A DNA stretch of 42,825 bases from Acutalibacteraceae bacterium (GTDB lineage: Bacteria; Bacillota; Clostridia; Oscillospirales; Acutalibacteraceae). The translations under genes and the position numbers were made by a program. Below, piece after piece: positions 36,569 through 42,825 of this stretch. Every line of letters begins with the position of its first letter. The stretch's first letter is position 1. The stretch is from assembly GCA_045531045.1 (NCBI GenBank), contig JAZSDI010000102.1, forward strand, positions 1-42,825, given 5' to 3'. The notes below the pieces were generated by a model, which had not been told where the DNA came from, did no database searches, and saw only the letters and a list, made by a program, of their open reading frames with translations.

Positions 36569-37530
36569 GTGTATATCTCCTCCGCCAATTCTTTCATATT
36601 TCTACTTTCAAAGCCATATCGTTTATTTAATTTTACATAAAATTTAAAAATTTCTTCAAGTTGCTGTAGGTTTTTCTCGGTGTTTAGACCTATATTATGG
36701 GGATGCCACCAAAAATGAAAAACCTTTCCACGCTTAGCAGCATGCTTCATTTGTTGTTTTATGCACGATAGTTTTAAGCACTCTAAAATCCTCAAACGGT
36801 TATCATATTGACGGAAAAATCTACTTGCAGGTATATTAAATATTCCATCTTCATAACAATTTTCTATTTTATAACATTTTAATCCGCAAATATTTATATA
36901 AGAGTCTATTAAACGAATTGCTCTTGCCGCTAAAGTAGAGTTATTATACGCATAATGTTTGTAATTTCCACGTATGGTTTTAAACCCACATTTTTTTGCA
37001 ACTTTTATGTATTCATTTAAAAATTGATTTCGTGGAAATATTAAGCTTTTTAAGGCGATATTTTTTTTGTCTTTTGCAATTTTTTGTGCACTTTCCAAAT
37101 CACTTTGGAAGGTTTCAACATTTTGACCTTCTTCTTTGCAATAATAATGAGAATATGTGTGCGAACCAACCTCTTGATTTTTCGAATTTAGTATTTTATC
37201 TATCAAGCTAGATGCAAAGTGGAAACAATCTTCGTTTTCGTTTTCCCCAACAAACTTCAAATGATTTTCCGCCGAAAGCTTAACATTTGAATAATTCGGT
37301 TTTATTTTCGGAAAATATTCTCTCATTTCAGTAGCATTTTCAGCAAAAAGAAGCCCAACAACACCCCATGTTGCATGAATATCATATCTTTGAAATAAAT
37401 CCAATAATTGAGGTATAGCATCCCTTGCGCCTATTATTCGTTTTGAAAAAGTATCCCGAGTTGCATGATCAAATACGCCCCAAAGCAATTCAAAATCTAA
37501 AGAAATAACAAAGCGACCTTTTTTGTTCAT
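36565..37530 (-). CDS. CE4 (NodB-type) polysaccharide deacetylase family protein
   Basis: ISLDFE (motif 1), GSHTYSHY (H-x4-H, motif 2), and IFPRNQ (motif 3). ATG 37530 lies 8 nt behind GGAGAC; the ORF-track extension to 37602 overlaps the upstream gene. Confidence 0.75.
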   Translation of the reverse strand: MNKKGRFVISLDFELLWGVFDHATRDTFSKRIIGARDAIPQLLDLFQRYDIHATWGVVGLLFAENATEMREYFPKIKPNYSNVKLSAENHLKFVGENENEDCFHFASSLIDKILNSKNQEVGSHTYSHYYCKEEGQNVETFQSDLESAQKIAKDKKNIALKSLIFPRNQFLNEYIKVAKKCGFKTIRGNYKHYAYNNSTLAARAIRLIDSYINICGLKCYKIENCYEDGIFNIPASRFFRQYDNRLRILECLKLSCIKQQMKHAAKRGKVFHFWWHPHNIGLNTEKNLQQLEEIFKFYVKLNKRYGFESRNMKELAEEIYT

Positions 37531-37531
37531 T

Positions 37532-38854
37532 TTACAGTCTCCAATAAATGTATCCCGCATTTTCATACTGTGTGCGGTCAAGAAGTCCCTTAATGTCGGC
37601 AAGAACTTTCTTGGAATTGTCTCCTGCCTTAAACATTTTGTCGAAATCAGCCTCGGTAAAGTTTTTAAACTCTTCGTGGGCTACGGCTAAAATTACAGCG
37701 TCACAGTCCTTAATGTCAGAAATGTCAACAAATTCCATACCGTAAAGGTGTTTTGCCTCTGCCTTGTCAGCGGTGGGGTCAGCAACTGCAGCGGTAATGC
37801 CGTATTCTTTAAGTTCGTTATAAATATCAATAATCTTTGTGTTTCTGGTGTCGGGGCAGTTTTCTTTAAAGGTGAAGCCCAAAATCGCAACCTTAGCGGT
37901 TTTAATAGCAACATCGGCTTTAATAAGGTTTTTAACAATGCTTTCGGCAACATATTTACCCATATCATCATTAATTCTTCTACCCGAAAGGATAACCTGA
38001 CTGTGATAACCCAACTGCTCTGCCTTGTATGTAAGGTAATAAGGGTCAACACCGATACAGTGACCGCCAACAAGACCGGGGTAGAACTTAAGGAAGTTCC
38101 ACTTTGTACCTGCAGCCTCTAAAACAGATTTTGTATCAATTCCCATTTTATTGAAAATAATGGAAAGTTCGTTCATAAAGGCAATGTTAATGTCTCTTTG
38201 GCTGTTTTCAATAACCTTTGCAGCCTCGGCAACCTTAATGCAGGATGCTCTGTGAACGCCTGCGTCAACAACAATTTCGTAAACCTTTGCGACCTCGTCA
38301 AGAGTCTCGGCGTCCATACCTGAAACAATTTTAACAATGGTTTCAAGGCGGTGCACCTTGTCGCCTGGGTTGATACGCTCAGGAGAATAGCCAACCTTAA
38401 AGTCAACGCCGCACTTAAGACCAGACTCTTTTTCCATAATGGGAACGCAAACATCCTCGGTAACACCGGGGTAAACGGTGGACTCGAAAACAACGATAGC
38501 GCCCTTTGTCAAGTTTCTGCCGACAATGCGACTTGCGCCCTCAACGGGGGTTAAGTCGGGGGTGTGGTCGTCGTTAACTGGGGTTGGAACAGCTACAATG
38601 TGGAATTTTGCATCTCTAAGACGGGTTTCGTCAGCAGTGAATTCAACAGTTGTGTTCTTTATAGCCTCGTCGCCAACCTCGTTAGTGGGGTCAATACCCG
38701 ATTTGTAGGTGTTGATTTTAGCTTCGTTAAGGTCATAACCTATAACCTTAACGCCGCGTTTTGCAAACTCAATAGCGATAGGCATTCCAACATAACCTAA
38801 ACCTACCAAAGAAATTTTTTCTTCACCGTTTATAATTTTTTCATACAAAGACAT
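37532..38854 (-). CDS. UDP-N-acetylhexosamine 6-dehydrogenase, TviB/WbpO-like nucleotide-sugar dehydrogenase
   Basis: VGLGYVGMPIA Rossmann motif, YSPERINPGDKVHRL, KVAEAAKVIENSQRDINIA, catalytic Cys in GLVGGHCIGVDPYYLT, and GFTFKENCPDTRNT. Confidence 0.88.
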   Translation of the reverse strand: MSLYEKIINGEEKISLVGLGYVGMPIAIEFAKRGVKVIGYDLNEAKINTYKSGIDPTNEVGDEAIKNTTVEFTADETRLRDAKFHIVAVPTPVNDDHTPDLTPVEGASRIVGRNLTKGAIVVFESTVYPGVTEDVCVPIMEKESGLKCGVDFKVGYSPERINPGDKVHRLETIVKIVSGMDAETLDEVAKVYEIVVDAGVHRASCIKVAEAAKVIENSQRDINIAFMNELSIIFNKMGIDTKSVLEAAGTKWNFLKFYPGLVGGHCIGVDPYYLTYKAEQLGYHSQVILSGRRINDDMGKYVAESIVKNLIKADVAIKTAKVAILGFTFKENCPDTRNTKIIDIYNELKEYGITAAVADPTADKAEAKHLYGMEFVDISDIKDCDAVILAVAHEEFKNFTEADFDKMFKAGDNSKKVLADIKGLLDRTQYENAGYIYWRL

Positions 38855-39965
38855 TGTTTTTTTCTCCTTTGTTTACAGTTTTATTAATATTTTCCAAATA
38901 CATATCAATTACAATTTGTCTGTCAAACTCTTTTTCAATTTTTGCACGGGCATTTTCACCCATGATTTTTCGCTCGTTTTCTGACAATGATATGAATTTT
39001 TCTATACAATTAAAAAGCTTTTCGGCGTTTTTAACGGGGAAGGTGTATCCACTTTCGTTTTCGTCAATTATTTCCTTACAACCCGAAATATCTGATGCAA
39101 TACACGCTCTTCCCGCCGAGGACGCTTCCATTAAAACGTTTGCCATTCCTTCGTGGTATGAGGGGTGTAGTATGCAGTGGCACTCGGAAATCAGGTCGTG
39201 CACCTGTGTTTGGGTTTTCTCACCGTGATATATAACGGGATATTCCTCACAAAGGTCGGCAATTTCCTTTTGGTACCTTTCTTCTTCGCACCAACCTACA
39301 ACATTAAATTCTATATTGTCGCGTTTGCCTAATTTTTTAATAGCATAAAACAGTTCGTCAAAACCTTTGTCTTGCCTTAGCCTTGAAACAACTATGAATT
39401 TAATTTTGCCGTTTTCTTCAGGGTAAGGAACAAAGGTGTGTTTTTGGGTGTTAACGCCAGAGCCCGGCAACAAAACCGACGCCTTGCCCGTAATTTTGTT
39501 TTGGTTTAAGAGCTTCATATTTTCCTCGTTTTGGAAAAATATTACCTCACTGCTTTTCATAGCGTATCTCATAAGGAAAAACATCACGCTTTGTTTTAGT
39601 CCTTTAGACTGCATTGTGCTGCCAAGTCCTGTTATGTTGTTTAAAACCGAAACCTTACATTTTCTACAGGCTATTGAGCCGTAGATATTCGGTTTTACAG
39701 TGTAGGTCAAAACTACATCGGGTTTTACGCTTTTGATGAGTGCTTTGTATTCTTTTATAAGTTTAAGTTCTTTTAGAGGATTTGTGCCGTGGCGGGTAAG
39801 ATTATTTTCTATAACGCTGCAACCCAAATCTCTAAAGGCTTGGTTTTTTTCGTCCTTTGGCAAACTTAAAATAACTTCGTATTTTTCCTTGATGAATCTT
39901 TCTAAAAGCTCCATTCGAAAATTAAAGAGAGTTTTAAAATCGTTTGCCAGAATTAAAATTCTCAT
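38841..39965 (-). CDS. GT-B fold glycosyltransferase (family 4)
   Basis: MRILILANDFKTLFNFRMEL N-terminus and HPSYHEGMANVLMEASSAGRACI. 14-nt overlap with the dehydrogenase start. Confidence 0.85.
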   Translation of the reverse strand: MRILILANDFKTLFNFRMELLERFIKEKYEVILSLPKDEKNQAFRDLGCSVIENNLTRHGTNPLKELKLIKEYKALIKSVKPDVVLTYTVKPNIYGSIACRKCKVSVLNNITGLGSTMQSKGLKQSVMFFLMRYAMKSSEVIFFQNEENMKLLNQNKITGKASVLLPGSGVNTQKHTFVPYPEENGKIKFIVVSRLRQDKGFDELFYAIKKLGKRDNIEFNVVGWCEEERYQKEIADLCEEYPVIYHGEKTQTQVHDLISECHCILHPSYHEGMANVLMEASSAGRACIASDISGCKEIIDENESGYTFPVKNAEKLFNCIEKFISLSENERKIMGENARAKIEKEFDRQIVIDMYLENINKTVNKGEKNNVFV

Positions 39966-40880
39966 TTAAATTTTCTCCAAAATTTTATTTGCAATTCCTT
40001 TAGCGTCAATGCCAAATTGGCTTCTCAAATATTTTTGCGAGCCAACCTTTGAAGAATATGTATCCTCAAGACCAATTTTCAAAAGCTTTGCGTTCTGGGG
40101 ATTTTCTGCCATAACCTCGGCAACGGCACTTCCGAATCCGCCTACAACATTGTGCTCTTCAACGGTTGTTATCAAGTCAAACTTTTCAGCAGAGTCCAAA
40201 ATCACCTTGCGGTCAATGGGCTTTACTGTGGGGAAGGTGTAAACCTCGGGGTTGATTCCCTTTTCTTTTAAAAGTTCAACCGCCTCGTCAACTTCCTCAA
40301 AAATTGCGCCAGTTGAGAAAATTGCAACCTTGGCACCGTCTTTAACCTTGATGGCTTTTCCAATTTGGAAATTTTCTATTTTTTCGTGAATGCGCTTTTC
40401 ACCGCCGCGGCCAAGACGAAGATAACAAGTGCCGTTATATTCAGCAATAGCCTTTGTTGCGGCTTCAGCTTCGGTTAAATCACCGGGGGCTAAAACCACC
40501 ATATCGGGGAGTGCGCGCATAATCGCGATATCCTCGGTGGCGTCGTGGCTCATACCAAGAGAGCCGTAAACAAATCCGCCGCCAACACAAACGATTTTTA
40601 CATTTGCATTGTGATAACAACAGTCATTTCTTATCTGCTCAACACAACGAAGTGTTGGGAAGTTGCCGATAGAGTATGTAAATACGCTTTTGCCCTCAAG
40701 CGCCATACCTGCGGCGAGAGCGGTCATATTCTGCTCGGCAATGCCGGCGTTTGTAAACTGATTTGGAACAGCTTCCCAGTAAGGCTTCAAAACGCCAAAA
40801 CCAAGGTCGCCTGTTACAAGCTCAATATTTTTGTTTTCCTTGGCTAATTCAACAAGGGTTCTAACAAATGTATCTCTCAT
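39966..40880 (-). CDS. Transketolase, C-terminal (pyrimidine-binding) subunit
   Basis: MRDTFVRTLVELAKENKNIELVTGDLG, AGIAEQNMT, and FGSAV. ATG 40880 sits behind GGAGGG; the ORF-track start at 40910 is over-extended. The stop abuts the GT4 start with no gap. Confidence 0.88.
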   Translation of the reverse strand: MRDTFVRTLVELAKENKNIELVTGDLGFGVLKPYWEAVPNQFTNAGIAEQNMTALAAGMALEGKSVFTYSIGNFPTLRCVEQIRNDCCYHNANVKIVCVGGGFVYGSLGMSHDATEDIAIMRALPDMVVLAPGDLTEAEAATKAIAEYNGTCYLRLGRGGEKRIHEKIENFQIGKAIKVKDGAKVAIFSTGAIFEEVDEAVELLKEKGINPEVYTFPTVKPIDRKVILDSAEKFDLITTVEEHNVVGGFGSAVAEVMAENPQNAKLLKIGLEDTYSSKVGSQKYLRSQFGIDAKGIANKILEKI

Positions 40881-40881
40881 T

Positions 40882-41862
40882 TTATTTGCCCTCCTTCGCT
40901 TTCTCAACATCGCTCAAGGTGTTTACACGCCTTGGACTCTGTAAAAAGTCGGGTTTCCAGGTTTCGGTCATGGTGTGGTCACTGCCGTCAAGTTCGGTGT
41001 TAAGATTTGGGTTTTCAATTCCGTTAGGTGTATAAACATCCTCAACACCCTCGGGTTTAACCTTGTGTAACTCGGTTACAGCGGTGTCGTACTCCCAACC
41101 TTCGTGGGGGAAGCGGTAGTGCCATAAAATATCCGACTCCATAAAGGAAATGCCTTTACCCTTTGTGGTATTCGCAACAATAACGGTGGGCTTGTCCTTT
41201 TCAGTTTTTGCGCTTTCAAAGGCTTTTTTTAATTCTTCGTGATTATTGCCATCAATCTCAATGGTGTTCCAGCCAAACGCTTTCCATTTTGAAGCAAAGT
41301 TTTCAATTTCAAGGGTGTTTTCGTTATAGTCAAGACTCTGCATACGGTTGTGGTCTACAACGGCGATTAAATTATTCAGTCTGAAATGGTTTGCAAACAA
41401 AGCAGCCTCCCAAACCGAGCCTTCGTTACACTCACCGTCGCCTAAAACAACAAATACACGGTTTTCTTTGCCATCCTTTTTAAGTGCATAAGCCATACCT
41501 GTTCCAACCGAAAGGCCGTGACCCAAAGAGCCGGTTGACAAATCAACACCGGGCAAATGGTGGGAAACGTGACCTGAAAGGCGGCTGCCGTTCTGGTAGT
41601 GGCTCTTTAATTCTTCAACAGGGAAAAAACCGCTTTCTGCCAATGCGGCATAAACGCTCGCACCTGCGTGACCCTTGCTTAGAATAAAGCGGTCCCTATT
41701 GGGTGATTTCGGGTTTTTGGGGTCGATTTTTAAAACATCGGCATAAAGCACTGCCATAATATCGGCAACCGACAAAATCGCGCCAATATGACTTCCGCCT
41801 GAAAGGTGGGTCATTTCAATACCGTGTCTTCTAATTTTCCAAGCAAGTTGTTGACTGTTCAA
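40882..41862 (-). CDS. Transketolase, N-terminal (ThDP/PP-binding) subunit with a ~60-aa C-terminal extension
   Basis: GGSHIGAILSVADIMAVLY, RDRFILSKGHA, and GDGECNEGSVWEA (ThDP-Mg motif). The canonical domain ends near aa 266 of 326. Confidence 0.88.
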   Translation of the reverse strand: MNSQQLAWKIRRHGIEMTHLSGGSHIGAILSVADIMAVLYADVLKIDPKNPKSPNRDRFILSKGHAGASVYAALAESGFFPVEELKSHYQNGSRLSGHVSHHLPGVDLSTGSLGHGLSVGTGMAYALKKDGKENRVFVVLGDGECNEGSVWEAALFANHFRLNNLIAVVDHNRMQSLDYNENTLEIENFASKWKAFGWNTIEIDGNNHEELKKAFESAKTEKDKPTVIVANTTKGKGISFMESDILWHYRFPHEGWEYDTAVTELHKVKPEGVEDVYTPNGIENPNLNTELDGSDHTMTETWKPDFLQSPRRVNTLSDVEKAKEGK

Positions 41863-41878
41863 TTAAAACACCTCATCG

Positions 41879-42811
41879 TTATAAAGAAATTTGGTTCAAA
41901 AGTTTAAGTTCTTCTTGACTTAACGACCAGTCCAAAGCATCAAGGTTTGAAAGCATCTGCTTTTCGCTTTTAACACCTGCAATTACAACTGAATCTTTCA
42001 GGTTGTCAAGAATAAATCTGATTGCGGTTGCGGGAACGGTTTTGCCGTGTGCTGCCGCAATTTTTTTAAGTTCTTCTACTATTTCTAAATTCTTTTTTAG
42101 TTTCTCGCCGTGGAAATTAACATAAATTTCACGGCTTCTTCTGTCGTTTGAGTCAAACTTGGTGTTAATGTCATATTTTCCTGTTAAAATTCCTTGTCCC
42201 AAGCTTCCCCAAGTAAGAGGCGTGGCGTTTAACTTGTCTGACACAAACTGCATATCTTCCTCAAACTTGCGACAAGCAAGTGAATACTCGTTTTGGAAGT
42301 TAACGAAAAGATTTTTGTAAGGCAAAAGCTCGTCCATTTTCTCTTTTTGAATATTGCTTAAACCGAAATAACGAACCTTACCCTCTTTTTGCAGAGCTTT
42401 AAGACCGTCCACAACCTCTTCAATAGGGGTATTGTCACGGTAGTGAATTACATAAATATCAACATAATCGGTGTTAAGGCGGGAAAGACTTTTTTCCAAC
42501 GCCTCACGCATATATTCGGGGGAGTTATCGTAAACGGTTTTACCGTCAAGTATTCTTACTCCAAATTTAGACTGAATAACAACGTCTTTTCTGCGGTTGC
42601 CAAGTCCTTTGGCTAAGGTCATTTCGGACTGACCTAAACCGTAGGTGTCGGCAGTGTCAAAATAATTCACACCGTTTGCAATGGCGGTGTCAATAGCGGT
42701 GAGAAAATTTTGTTCGTTGGTTTCTCCCCAACCGTATCCACCCATAGGGCAACCACCCATACAAAGACGGGAGACCTTTAAATCGGAATTTTTTAAGGTT
42801 ATGTATTCCAT
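41879..42811 (-). CDS. Aldo/keto reductase family oxidoreductase
   Basis: YFDTADTYG, IQSKFG, VRYFGLSN, and LTWGSLGQGILTGKY. GAGGT RBS at the window edge; the operon continues upstream beyond nt 42825. Confidence 0.88.
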   Translation of the reverse strand: MEYITLKNSDLKVSRLCMGGCPMGGYGWGETNEQNFLTAIDTAIANGVNYFDTADTYGLGQSEMTLAKGLGNRRKDVVIQSKFGVRILDGKTVYDNSPEYMREALEKSLSRLNTDYVDIYVIHYRDNTPIEEVVDGLKALQKEGKVRYFGLSNIQKEKMDELLPYKNLFVNFQNEYSLACRKFEEDMQFVSDKLNATPLTWGSLGQGILTGKYDINTKFDSNDRRSREIYVNFHGEKLKKNLEIVEELKKIAAAHGKTVPATAIRFILDNLKDSVVIAGVKSEKQMLSNLDALDWSLSQEELKLLNQISL

Positions 42812-42825
42812 TATTTTTTACCTCT

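Noticed and set aside
1-42825. Scanned for CRISPR repeats, tRNA/rRNA genes, IS elements or transposases, integrases, toxin-antitoxin pairs and known defence-system hallmarks (nucleases, helicases, methyltransferases).
   Set aside because: None was seen. Every ORF over ~60 aa outside the annotated genes is a shadow frame. Intergenic regions are short (mostly under 40 nt) apart from the three terminator/promoter regions described.

Overview
A 42.8-kb window from a low-GC Gram-positive genome, probably a clostridial Firmicute (GGAGG-type ribosome-binding sites, hisZ-type his operon, tight gene packing). It has two parts. Nt 1-19513 are core housekeeping genes: the kbl 3' end, a TRIC/UPF0126 channel, a LysR regulator, thrC, a GtrA plus VanZ-nucleotidyltransferase pair, a complete minus-strand histidine operon (yerC-like regulator, fused hisZG, hisD, C, B, H, A, F, IE), and a plus-strand cluster (DUF951, prfA, tsaC/sua5, coaE, M18 aminopeptidase, DUF1653, mnmE). 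Nt 19555-42825 form one long, tightly packed minus-strand Wzx/Wzy-type polysaccharide operon that runs off the right edge. It encodes an aldo/keto reductase, a split transketolase, five glycosyltransferases, a TviB/WbpO-like dehydrogenase, a TviC/WbpP-like epimerase, a CE4 deacetylase, a formyltransferase, an EctB-type aminotransferase, two TupA-like ATP-grasp ligases, an EpsG-type polymerase, two acyltransferases, a pyruvyl transferase, an FrhB-like Fe-S protein, a frameshifted gene and a flippase. I saw no rRNA, tRNA, CRISPR array, IS element or recognisable defence system. The best candidate for new biology is the decoration chemistry of this glycan locus, which points to amide-linked amine or amino-acid substitution and N-acyl editing of a hexosaminuronic acid. 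Secondary candidates are the GtrA/VanZ-NTase module and the fused hisZG behind a TrpR-like regulator. All functional calls rest on motif and family recognition by eye; no searches were run.
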